This document shows, in pieces, positions 8,708 through 20,600 of a stretch of 43,106 nt of DNA (the first letter of the stretch is position 1; each line of letters opens with the position of its first letter). The DNA is taken from assembly GCA_000934665.2 (NCBI GenBank), contig JYFJ02003369.1, positions 1 through 43,106 of the forward strand, in the 5' to 3' direction. Below the pieces are notes generated by a model. It saw nothing but the letters and a program-made list of their open reading frames with translations. It searched no databases and had not been told where the DNA came from. Both the position numbers and the translations under genes were made by a program. Source of the DNA: Catajapyx aquilonaris (lineage: Eukaryota).

Positions 8708-11700
8708 CTCATAAAAGGGTAAAACAAGAGTGGCCATGTTAGTACGTGGTGATCTCAAGACATTCACACGCTTAGGCTACGCTTGGTTGGCGAAATGGAC
8801 ACTCCTACCCCAGCCTTATGGAGACCTCTTGCTCCCATCCATGTGGGGGGTTGCCGCATTGGCGCTGATGATGCTCCACAGTACCTTAGAGGGAGGTGGC
8901 AGCGCCAAAGCGGCAACTCGCCTCGATAGGTAGGAGCAACTTAGCGCACAGGGGTTTGCTTAAGGCTGAGGTAGGAGTGCCAGTGATCTGCCCACAAGTC
9001 TGGCTTCATTTCACCAGCAAAGCGAGCCTAGCATGTGTGTGAATAGTGACCTAGAGTAAGTTTAGTTTTTAAATGTTATTTACAGAGATAATTTTTAATT
9101 GCTAAGCAAGAAACATCGCAAGAAATTCGACTTATGGCTATTTATAGCCATTTAAACATCTCTACTAATGTTCCAGAAAACAGGCACAACCTAATAGAAG
9201 ATTGGCAAAGCCGCACTAACGTTCGTTGGACTGCAGCGCACAAGACGGATATAATTGTTGGCTTATACATAAACTACAATAAGCACCCAATAGTTATTGG
9301 GCAAATGAGACGTACTATATCGCTCAAAAACATAGTGATGATTTTGCATTTGATTTAAGTGCAGGCTGTACTTAAGTCAAATGCAAAATGGTTTCTATGT
9401 TTTTGAGCGATACAGAACAATATCACAAAAAGTTTTTGCTCGAGTTTTCAGTTCATTTTCGGTCAAAGCTTTTTGTGACAGATAGTACCGTGCCTGGCAT
9501 GGCCACAAGACAATACTGGTGTGGTCACCCAAAAGCCACGCAGCCACTGACATTCGACTTTCAAATATTTGTCGAGTTTTAATGTCCATTATGTACTTGG
9601 TCATGTTTACTTATTAATATTAAATATTAATAAGTAAACATGGCCAAGATATCGGTTTAAAATTTTTAAACCGATATCTGCAAAAAAGTTAAAAAGTTAT
9701 CCTTTTGGTGGACACTACTATGGTTACTGAATTGCTACACCACACGAAGTGTCTCCTATTCCCTGAACTCCCAACAAAGTGTCGTTGGACAAGGTCCCGG
9801 AGAGAGTATCGGTAGCCAATAACAACCTCGGGTCGTAGAGGCAAGTCCGAAAGTGTGACAAATGAGGATGACTGCCATGTTCCTTTACCAGATTTTCCTC
9901 TCCCCTTCCTCCCTCTAATCCCATCTCCCCCGCCTTCCCCCTCCCCCTCCCCCTCTCCCAGGCTGGCCCAAGCATTGATTTCCTATATGCTGGGAGAGGG
10001 GTCCGAAGGTGCAATTAGGAAGGTCTCTCTTGTCACCCGGGCTTGGGACCATGGGTCCTTCCAAAATATTCAGGGTGTGTCTAACTTTTGTTGTTAAATA
10101 GTTTTTTTTGGTAACTAACCGAGTATTAGTAACAGTTATTTTCAAAATAGGTTATCTGACCCATTTTTGGAGCCACTAGTACAGTCATGAGGTTATGACC
10201 TATTTTCCTAAAAATACTGTGGTGACACTCTTCAACCTAATATTAGCAGGTAATATTTTCGATAACATCGAATAGTAAGCGGCTTATTATTGAGCATGTA
10301 ACTGACCTCATGAGATAATTGGTTCAAAAAGGTCATGTGCTATATCCACCTAATATTACTCAAATACTTGCGAAAGTAACTGACTAATATTTTCTAAATA
10401 TTACTATTATTATTTTATTATTTCCCTTTTAAGGTACAATACCTTTTGAGGGGGAGTTGCCCCTAATATTTTCTAAATATTGCTACGAGCTTGCCATCTT
10501 CAACCTAATATTAGCAGGTAATTTTTTCGATAACGTCGAATAGTAAGCAGCTTAATTGCGTACTATTAGATGGATTACTAACTTGTAGTAAGCGTTTAAC
10601 TAACATCAGGAGGTAATTGGTTCGGAACAGGTCACTTGTGTTACCTGAACCTAAATGCTACTTGCGAAAATAACTTACTAATATTTCCCTAAATGCTGCA
10701 ACAAGATGGCACTCTTCAACCTAATATTAGTAGATAATATTTAAAGTAAGTGCTTAAAATAAGCAGGTTAGTACCAAAAATTACTATTCATTACTATTCG
10801 TATTGGCCTATTGAAAACTCGTAATTCATAAGTTGACCTATTCTTCATAATAATAATAATTTGTACTAAGTTGTTTATTTGTAATTTACTTGTAACAGTT
10901 TAAAGTAACTGCTTGTGCTTTCAGGGCCGATAAAAGCAACCATGACGACCTTATCTTTTAATCCTGAGCATGTATTTTCGTGTAATTTGACACCTACAGG
11001 CAACCCCCCCCCCNCCCCCCCCTGTTTGTACTCGTCTATGTCATTACATGTTAGTATTACGCAAATTCACACCTCTACATTTTCAACTGGTATTGGGCTT
11101 ATGAATTCGCTGGCACTCTCTTGACAGACTAATTAGGAACAGGGTGTCCCAAAAATTCGTGCTGGGATCCGTATTGATGAAAACGTCGGCACCGGGTTTG
11201 TTTCGGCTCCTTTGGACGAACATACCCCCACCATCCATCTCCATCCGTGGGAAGGGAGATGGTGGGAGGCGGGGGAGGGAAGAGAGCGTTTGTGTCCCCC
11301 CCCCCCCNACGTTGTCACTATCTGTCACAAAAAGTTTTGGCCGAAAATGAACGGAAAACTCGGACAAAAGTGGTCAATTTTTTGATAGATTGTACATTAT
11401 TACGCCGAAGCCACCAAGTTACGGTCTTGCGTTACACACGTAAATCCAGTTACATTCTCACGTTTGTACGTAAGTTACGTTCCTTGCGCTACATGGTTTT
11501 AAAGTTACGTTATGTGCAGCATCGCATTGTAGTTTTAAATTTACGGTTTTTACTTTACGTACTGTTCAAAAATACGTTTTACTTGTGATTATCTTCCACA
11601 GTTACGTTTCTTACGGTTTTACGTTGCGTACGTAAATGTAGTTACATTTTCACGTCTGTACGTTCCTTAGGTTGGTTACGTTCCTTGCGTAACATAGTCG

Positions 11701-14700
11701 TAAAGTTACGTTACGTACATTATCAAGCTGTTAAAGTGCTCCAGTTACTGTTTTTACCTTACGTACGTTTCAAATGTGCGTTTTTACGTGTGCTTATCTT
11801 CCACAGTTACGTTTTTTACGGTTTTACGTTACGTACGTAGATGTAGTTACATTATCACGTCTGTACGTTCTTTATGTTGGTTATGTTCATTGCGTAACAT
11901 AGTCATAAAGTTACGTTACGTACATTATCACGCTGAAGTGCTCCAGTTACAGTTTTTTTTACCTTACGTACGTTTCAAATGTGTCTTTTTACGTGTGCTT
12001 ATCTTCCACAGTTGCGTTACGTACGTAAATACAGTTATACTATCACGGTCACGGTTATACATCACCTACGCCATATTCCTTACGTTACGTTGTTAAAAGT
12101 AACGGGATGTACATTATCATGCCGAAGTCTTCATGTTAGTGTTTTTTAATGTTACGTTTAAAATATGCGTTTATACCTTTACGTATCTTCCACGGTTGCG
12201 TTTCTTACGAGTTTACGTTACCTACTCTTTAAGTTTACGTTCCGTATCACCCAGAGGTATGTTTCATATCGTATGGCTCATACGGAGCTAACGATCCTTA
12301 CGTTTCTACGTTACATACTTTCTAAGGTTACGTTCTTTAGTACCATTTTCTTCCATACATTACATACATTAGGTGTTCCTCCTTATGTTACGTTTCTTAC
12401 GTTACGTACGTTCCAAAGTTGCGTTTTTACGTTACATACGTTATACCCAGCACCAATGAATACCTACGTTATTTACCTTCCACAGATTAGTTCTGTAATT
12501 AAGTTCCTTGTGTGTTTACGCTTCTTATACACTAACGTTACGTTCTGAAATTTTTACGTTACATAGTGACAACCAGCGCTTTTTTGCAAATTTGGAGTTG
12601 AAGTATTGGTACCATTGAGGACGTGCAGCATGACGCTGGCCGAGTCGAGGTTGGAAGGGCTGCATGTGTAGTTTCCGGAGTCCCTGCGTTGCGCGTTGTA
12701 GAGTACCAGAGTTCCGACTGTGGTGTCTGCGTTGATGCGTTCGACGCGTATGTCTTTGGCTCGGGCGTCGTAGTTGAGCACTCGCTCGCTGTCGTGGTAC
12801 CAGAAGATGTACGCCGGCTCCTCCAGGCTCTGGGTGATCACGCACTTCAGGTAAACCGTGCTGCCCGTCTTCACGTAGATGTCCGATTCGCCCATGATCT
12901 GGATCTTCGGTACTGGAAGGAGTTAAGCAACGTTAAAAGGTGTGGTACTGGTACCGACCAAGTTGAGTTCTCACTCTTGTCCATATCGAAGTCCCTTACG
13001 TCTTTACGTAACATACGTTTGAGAATGAAGTTCCTTACGATCTTCAGATTCGTTACATATTTAAGTTCGTGGCGGTTTTACGTAACATGGTTACGGTTCG
13101 TACGTTTTACGTAACGTACGATGTGTAGTTACGTTCCTTACGACCTACAGATTTGTTGCAGAGTTAAGTTCGTTAAGGATTTACGTTACGTAGTTACGCT
13201 CATTACGTTTTTACGTAACATACGGCCTACAAATTCGTTGCAGTTACCGTTTTACGTTACATGGTTACGGTTATTACGTTTTACGTAACATACGTTGTGT
13301 AGTTACGTTCCTTACGACTTACAGATTCGTTGCGGATTTACGTTACATGGTTACAGCACCTACGTTCTAAAGTTGCGTTCCTTACTCCTCCAAAGGTCAT
13401 TTCGATGATGAAAGTCCTTGCGCTTTTACGTTCCTTACGTGCCACACTGAGCGAAATCTGATTGGTTGATCCGAACCAATGTAACTACTCACCGTTACGT
13501 TTCTTATACGACCTACATATTCAGTTCGTTACGGTTTTACGTTACATAGTTACGATCCTTCTGTTTTATACTGTGGGTACGTTGTGAAATTGAGTTCCTT
13601 ACTATCCGAAGATATCGGTAATTAAATTCCTAGCACTACGTTACTTTTTACGCACCGTTGTCGTTGCGAAATCTGATTGGTTGATCCTAACTACGACCCA
13701 TGACGTCCTTGTGACGTCCGTGTGGTCCGGGTGATCCGTGTGACTCCGTGTGAACCGTGAACAAAGACGTCCGTGTGAACCCAACTTTCGTCGTTGTCTT
13801 TTAGTGGTTGAAGAAATGCGCAACTTAAAACCGATTCTAACTGTGAGTAACCGGAATCAGGTCCCGTTCAATCGGCTGCTGTTATCACAATGAAGATCAA
13901 TACTCTCTCTGCCACGCCCCCTTTTGATTTTACACACACAAAAAAACCGCTGTCCAATGCACCAGGCTTCAGATTGACATAGTTGACCTCCCTTTAACTA
14001 TAAAAAAAAATCCGCCGCGTCTCTGCAACACATCCGACCAATTAGCTGTCGAGTCAGACCACTCCCTCCAATCCCTAAAAAGTGTCAAGATATTTTATGC
14101 TATCACAGCCTTTTTTCTACTCCGGAGGACATCATGGGGTGAATGGGATCCGGAACATAGTCTGCTTAGATCAGCGTTTCCAAACCCCCCTCCCTTTCAG
14201 ACCTCTCTCCATTAAGTTTATGGGAGGATGGATTCTGGTCCGCCGCCATCTTGAGGTCACCTCGAGCCATTTGGCTCATCGGACCATTTGCCATACTACC
14301 AGAGATTGCACCGGATGTGTAGACCGGAAGTTACTGCTGCCAGATTGTCAGAGGAGCAAGAAATGGCTAAGCCACATTAATGGTCGTTGGTTGCGGGGTA
14401 CAAAGGCGCATTGTTGGCGTATACACAACCCACAATAAGCGAGAATATTGGCGATGAGCATGATTCGAGTAGACTTTTTCTCACTGGGGATCGGGAAATG
14501 AGGCTAATTTCGTTGAATGAGATACGGTACGACACGATACGATAATTGGACAACGACAGTTGACAGTATCATTTCCGGTTGCCAAGGAACCCGTGGAAAC
14601 TTCAAAATAATCCGCCTGTAGATGTGACCTTGGCGGATAGAGTAAGCTTGGAAAACCAGACGTGTCTGGTTATCAGAAGTTGACCAGGAAACCTATTTAC

Positions 14701-17697
14701 TGTCAGCTGAATCCGAATCCGAAAACAGTTTGTTGTATCTTATACGGTTTAGGCCGTGATACTTGTCCACGGACAGACAGACGGACAAATTCATTCTATA
14801 AGACGTTATTTGAGAAGAAGTATAAACTTGTCACGTAAATTCCAGACAGTGCCAAGGGTGACGGCAAGATGGCCTGTACTGATGCGGTCACCCAAAAGCC
14901 ATACAGATACACCAACATCCCTGGGAATTTTGGCACGTTACTCCATCGATTCTGAACCTTGGGCATGTTTGAGCCTGTTTGTGCATGAGAGAGGGTATTT
15001 TCCATGAAAACCAGTCATAAACTCCAGAGTGGTGTATGAGATTAAGAGGGATGGCTGCTCTTAGACAGACACAGCTTTTGAGAGGAGCAGGGTACGCAGG
15101 AGGGATTGTGGCTTGGGAGGACAACAGACACTGCGACAACTAATGAGCTGTCAAAGGGAAGGGTGGGGTTTGGGTGGGAAGAAATTCCGCTCCTTTAGAG
15201 TGATACCCTCGGTGCAGTATAAACGTCACCTTTGCTTGGCTGCGTTTCTAGACGGTACTTGACGCGACTATTGTTGTTAAGCAGCCAGTGGGTTGCATCA
15301 TGTCAGGATGATAACTACTGGTGCGTACCGATGGTAATACGGATGATGTGTCCGATATATACTCACCAACGACGTTGAGTGTGACGAAGTGGCTCATCTT
15401 TGGCTCGGTGCTGACCTGGCATTCGTACTGGCCTGCGTCTCTGGCCTGCACGTACTTGATCTGCAGAGTCCACGTGTCCGTGGCCTCCGAATGGAAGGCC
15501 TGGAAGCGCTCGTCTGCGATGAACGTGTATCGGTCCACTATCAGGATATGCGAATCTCTCTTCCGGATCCACGACACCTTGTAGAAAGGGAAAGAAATGA
15601 AAGCAGGACAAACAAATTTTGCATTTTATACTATAGCAGCATAGCCGTATAGGCAAAATTGTCAATAACTGGCGCATTCGGGCAAAGGATGCGTTTCTTA
15701 CGGGTTTTACGGTTTTACGTGTGCTTATCTTCCACATTTACGTTTCTTAAGGGTTTACGTTTCGTATATGCTAAGGTTACGTTGCTCATCATCCAGAACA
15801 GCTCATGAGGGTACGTTTCTTACGGTTTTGTTACATACTTTCTAAGGTTACGTTCCGTAGTACCATTTTGTTCCATGCATTACATACATAGTTATTGAGT
15901 TCCATATGTTACTTACACTCCAAAGTTACGTTATTATGTTGCATACTTTCTAAGGTTGTTCCATTTCGTTCCATACATTACATACATTTATTTCTCCTTG
16001 AGTTCCTTACGTTCCTTAGGTTCCAAAGTCGCGTTTTTACGTAACATACTTTCTAAGGTTACGTTCCTTAGTAGCCTACCATTTTGTTCCATATGCAACA
16101 CACATTGTTATTGAGTTCCTTACGTTACGTACATTCCAAATGTGCGTTTTTACGTTACGTAGGCTACATTAGACTCAGGATTCAGTCTTGTCCAAACCCC
16201 GAACTTTTGTCTCCCTTTTGCCTTTAGTTAAGGGTAGGAATTCCTCTCTAAAATCCCTTCCACTAAAGGATAACCCTCCAACGGCAGCCATCATCTTAAA
16301 CGCTCGTTAGGTGGCTTCTGGAAACAGCTAGAAGGGGTCGTGAAGGCTCAAAGCTTTATTGCTAATTATCGAGGTGGTCGCCAGGATCCTTCCCAAACTT
16401 TTTTTCCCCCCTCTTCTTCCACCATAGTCGGTGCCAGCCAGAGACATGGCCCGCTTTAAAAAGCTACGAGCCCTCCATTTTCCAGGACGCTGAACTCTCA
16501 ATTCGAATAATTGGACACCGTTACGTATATAGTGCTGGTTGGAGATAAAACTCAAAGGGAGACACATTCAGGCATCTGGTAACCTCTGGTTCAATGGTCC
16601 GAGGACAGGGTGTCCAGAACAACTGAACTGGAAGTTCCGACCATGCATGTAATGAATATTGCGCTGGAAGGCGTCAAGTTGCAAGTTAGGACAAGTTTCG
16701 AGGCGATTAGGTTCGAAGTGGACTTGCGGCACCCAATACGGGGAGAATTGTTGGCGAATACATCGAGTAGGCAATTATTAGGATTTTTCGATTCCAAATT
16801 ATCGACGGGAGCTTTCCAACAAGCCATCTCCCAGCCCTCTACGACGAGACGTCGGGAAGTGCCAGATCTTTGGCTGTATCCTCGGATAGGACATGACCTA
16901 ACGAGGTCAACTCTCACAAAGCCTACAAGAAGTGCCTAACTCGTTGACGCTCGCAATCAAAATTGTTGGACGCTATCTACCGTGCCTGGCTGGGACGGAC
17001 AGTACCCAAAAACCGAATGGCTGACACCATGTTATGTCGCGGAAAAAATTCATTTCTGCCCTTCCTTTAGTTATGATTTTTACCATGCCCAACCAGGCTA
17101 TAGTAACATGTAAATAAGCGGCACACTCTGCGCATTAACCTAATTTAGTACACAATAAGTACGCGGAATATTACGCTATCACTTTCATTGCACAACCGCT
17201 CCTGATTTAAAACCAACGGTTTAATATTAACTCGTCGTGTGCACCAATTCATTCTCTTGTCATCTTAACCAGTTAGTGTTTTTTTGTGTGGCTTGTGGTT
17301 CCTCTTTTTTTTATTTTCAGGAACCCCAATTAAGCCTGGGAGATAATTAGCAACGCATCGTTCCAGGCAGAACCCCCTCATTCATTATCCCTGTGGCTAG
17401 ACCGCCCTGCAAAAAATATTCGCAAGTTTCTTCAGCAACCTTGGTTAGAGATGATGATGAGCATGCAGAAAAATTTTGGCGACAATAAGGCGGATATTCT
17501 GAAATTAGTTGACAATTTTTGTAAGGACTATTGTTGTGGACTTACCGACTTGTTACCAAGCTGCTTGACCTTGCAGGGTAGGTAAGCATGGGTGCCCAGC
17601 TGTGTTGTGATGTTGGTAGGACTGTTTGGGTCGAAATAAGGGCCTGTGTATAGCCCGCTGAACCGCTTCCGAGGATGGTGCTGCCATCCACTGGCGC
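8514..17697 (-). CDS. Dpr-family (dpr11/dpr15-like) two-Ig cell-surface protein, 5'-partial; exons 17697-17546, 15577-15367, 12912-12613, 8707-8514
   Basis: Spliced translation gives GPYFDPNSPTNITTQLGTHAYLPCKVKQLGNKS|VSWIRKRDSHIL...WTLQIKYVQARDAGQYECQVSTEPK...|VPKIQIMGESDIYVKTGSTVYLKC...DSGNYTCSPSN...LHVLN|GEHPAAMQ followed by a hydrophobic GPI-type tail and TAG. Phases are consistent. The family call is firm; the subfamily is from recalled similarity. Confidence 0.93.
9313..9417. mobile_element. Hairpin MITE, family A copy 1 (TA-flanked, ends CTATATCGCTCAAAAACA)
   Basis: Almost wholly self-complementary; a second copy lies at 30649-30736. Confidence 0.75.
9596..9679. repeat. Two abutting near-perfect palindromes (9596-9648 and 9647-9679)
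   Basis: cttggtcatgtttacttattaatatt/aatattaataagtaaacatggccaag and agatatcggtttaaa/tttaaaccgatatct. Confidence 0.9.
10226..10790. repeat. Diverged tandem repeat, 210-270 bp period, about 2.5 copies
   Basis: tcttcaacctaatattag recurs at about 10229, 10498 and 10713. Confidence 0.8.
11400..12560. repeat. TTACG/ACGT-rich degenerate satellite with ~205 bp higher-order period
   Basis: tatcttccac recurs at about 11590, 11795, 12000 and 12184, with dense ttacgt words throughout. Confidence 0.85.
12613..12912 (-). CDS. dpr exon encoding Ig domain 2
   Basis: Ig C-W-C core (LKC, IFWY, DSGNYTC); cttccag acceptor and gtacca donor. Confidence 0.93.
12990..13650. repeat. TTACG-rich degenerate tract, related to 11400-12560
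   Basis: Repeated ttacgtaacat, gttacgttccttacga and tacagattcgttgc. Confidence 0.8.
14575..14800 (+). mobile_element. Dispersed repeat family B, DINE-1/Helentron-associated (HINE)-like fragment
   Basis: ctgtagatgtgaccttggcggatagagt...ctgaatccgaatccgaaaa...tgtccacggacagacagacggac. Reverse-complement copies occur at ~39660-39770 and ~40760-40970. The GACA/GACG microsatellite is DINE-1-like; the class is inferred. Confidence 0.55.
15367..15577 (-). CDS. dpr exon encoding the second part of Ig domain 1
   Basis: VSWIRKRD...DAGQYECQVST; acceptor ctacaag and donor gtgagt. Confidence 0.93.
15690..16160. repeat. TTACG-rich tract sharing long segments with 12180-12440
   Basis: catactttctaaggttacgttc...gtaccatttt...ttccat...attacatacat is present in both, in the same orientation. 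Confidence 0.8.
16400..16920 (-). mobile_element. Possible highly decayed 3' fragment of a CR1/L2-type LINE ORF2
   Basis: Frameshifted peptides occur in the expected order: AKDLAL (cf. VKDLGV), RKILIIAY, FSPYWVPQ...NRLE (cf. SPVWSP...RLE) and RSFLKRAM (cf. SFFxRA). Similarity is weak and judged by eye. Confidence 0.3.
17546..17697 (-). CDS. dpr exon encoding the start of Ig domain 1 (absent from the ORF track in this frame)
   Basis: GPYFDPNSPTNITTQLGTHAYLPCKVKQLGNKS; tttccag acceptor and gtaagt donor. Confidence 0.93.
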
Positions 17698-20600
17698 CTG
17701 GAAAGAGCCAAAAAACATTTTTTTAAAATATATTACGTTAAACAATATATAACCATAACTCATTATTTAAAATATTTATTCATGCCAGGATCGTATTTAC
17801 GGGGACTTCCGCTAGATGGCATGGATGTGTGTGACATAACCTGACATCTAGCGAACAGTCCGGTGAATACAATGCGTGTCCTGAATAAATCGTTTACTAT
17901 TCATATATAGAGCTTAAAGATGACCAGGTCTGTCCGGTACGTTCCCGTTTGAACACCTTCCTGTATACCGGTACCGGAATCGATACAACAGACGCTATAA
18001 ATTGGGGCGAAACATGCCGGGAGCACATGAGAAGCAAGGAAAAGATGAAGTCTCCTGAGGCTTAGAGTTTCCTATATGCCGATTCTATGGAGCGAAATTG
18101 CTATCGGGGAGTTTTCATAGGCCTTTTTTCTCCTCCACCCTGCCCATTTTTATTATTTTTGCATGAAGCTCATCGCATCCTGTCGAATGTGAAAACATGT
18201 TTACGACGTGCTAGGAAAAAAAAACACAAGAGATCAATAGACTTTTCGGCACTCCACAACCTTGGAACTATTTTAACGGGGGTAGCTTCCTCTTCGGCTT
18301 TATGCACCAATGGAAATAGATGTCATAAATAACAGTTATGTTCGTGAAAAGTTGATACTTTTTGGACCAAGCCTGGGAGTGTTGAGGCTGACATCTAGCG
18401 TGCAGACATCACAATGCGGGTGGTGTCCTCAATAATTTTTCACATTTAAATTATTAATTAAATTCGCACAATTTGGCCAGTAGACATTACCATTCTACCA
18501 GTTCCCATTTACGGAGATCCTGTAATTCCTGTAATTCCAAAAGATCCGCTTCCACAGAAGATGGCTGACATGCAGAAAACACATGTACCAATTGTGGCAT
18601 GTGGCGCCCAGGTAATTTCAAAGCGACATGCTCAGCTGCTTTAAACCTTCCCCTAGAGCTAATTGCACCTATGCTTCACTGTCCGGACTGGTGGAGGCGA
18701 CTTCCATTACAGCCGCAGACGCCACGTCAATTGCACGGAGGACAATTGCATGGAGAGTGTCCTCGCATATGTGCCCACAGTGTGAAAATAAATCGAGTGC
18801 GCAAGTGTCAATGACAAGTGAAATAAAACTGATCAAGTCCAGGGGAGAAGCCATTTTAACGAGATCGAATAATTGTTCCAGAAAAGGTTTTTCCATGTAA
18901 AGATTTATAAATATTTTACATACATACATACATAAATATTTACAAAAAGGTGCAAAAAGGCAATTATTTTTATGGGTTTTAATTTTTATTAGTTTATTAT
19001 ATTCATTTCATCATTTATTTTATTTCCTTTATTTGATTTGTATTAGCTTTATTTATTTTTTATCAAATTAATTAAACTAATAAAATACAATGAAACTAAT
19101 AAAATTAAAGAAAATAAATCTAATTAAATTAAACTAATAAAAATAAAATTCAAATTCGAATAAAATAAATAGGTAAATACACGTACCTGTAAGCACATAC
19201 AGATCAACATAAAATGAAATAAAATGCATACGTAAATCAAATAAATAATGACAAATTCACGTTTTCAAGCTAGCGAGAAAGCGCTTTCTCGCCACGCTTT
19301 GTGGAAGCGAGTCGCTCGTAGCGTGATCACCAAAATAAAAGCGTGGCCTTCACAACGATCGTCTTCACTTTTCCAGGCCTACGATGTGATCTTGGAAGTG
19401 TTTGCCACCTTGTAACATGATAGGTCAGGGCCAGGGAATGAGTAGAAGGATGAGACGGAGCATCGATCAACCCATTAAGGCTAGGTCCCATCAACAGACG
19501 TATCACTCAGAAGTATGGAGCTTGATCTTATGGCATATAGACGGGAATGAAAGCTGGCTGAGGAGGTAATGCATCTCGTTTTCTTCTCTTCTTCTCCAAG
19601 GCTCCCTCTGGGCTTTTAAGATTCTCCAGTCTGAGGACTAGGAAAAGGGAGGCCTCCATCCAAGTTTAATCACGTCTCCAAGACGGATTTCTTCCTCGGC
19701 CTTTTCATGCCCTCGGTGGTCGACGGAATCAAGAGTGTTTACACTTACATGTGGCTCCCCAAAAAAAGTTAACTCCTAATAGAATTTCTATGCTTGTCTG
19801 ATTACGTCTGATCTATTGGCAACTACTTTTTTTTCTGCAACAATCAACTAACAAACTCGAGTATTGGCTAGACTTCCCTTATGCACAAAACAATGCAAAT
19901 CGGGCAGAAATTTCGGTTCCAAAGTTGAAAAGCAAGCAAAAGCTCCCAACCCCATTTTGGAGCAATGTTTCCAGTCGAATTGTTGACAGTCGCACTATTT
20001 ACTGCCGCCCGTGCAAACAGGTTAAGAATGCAAAAATATTCCCCACCCTCCCCCACCCCCCCTATACCCCCGGCCATAAATTTACGGTCCGACGGAGAGT
20101 AATATTGATACACTTTGCGCAAACTGCAAACAAACCGGTTCTGCAGTCAGTGTTGAAATTGGTCGCAACAAAAAAGGGTGAAATTCGGGTAATATACTGT
20201 CATTCTTAGCAAAAAAGTCGTAACTGTCAACTCAAATGCTCAAAAATGGCTGCCTCCACTCAAAATTGCACAAAAATGGCTGCCCTTCACTTACGGCTTT
20301 TTTTCTTGGAACAGACCAGTATAGAGCATGCCATAGTTGTTCATTGGTGCAAAATTGGGTTCCGGGAATGCGGTACTAAGCCTCCCCGGATAGTTGTGGG
20401 GAGACGGGGGAGTGGAAGCCGTAAAGTCGCCAGAAATTATGCCACCAGTCGTGGAGGCAAGCACGCGACTCATAAAACCGTCCCTCCCCACCCTAGTCTC
20501 TTGGGCCCTTCATGTCCGTTTTCTTGTTTTGAGCCACAGGTTTGACCCCCCCCCCCCCTCCTCTCCCGTGACAACCGGGTACTCGTAAACGGCCGGTAAA

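Noticed and set aside
8518..8933. GC-rich plus-strand ORFs (MASQRERS..., with CCMAAGC resembling a THAP start)
   Set aside because: They are the antisense shadow of the terminal dpr exon and its intron; the remaining THAP residues are absent.
11247..12548. Several ORFs over 100 aa rich in L/R/Y/V/T
   Set aside because: Stop-poor by-product of the TTACG satellite.
19628..19660. Possible minimal hammerhead ribozyme (CTGAGGA-CTAG-GAAA)
   Set aside because: Stem II cannot form and no stems I/III with a cleavage triplet were found.
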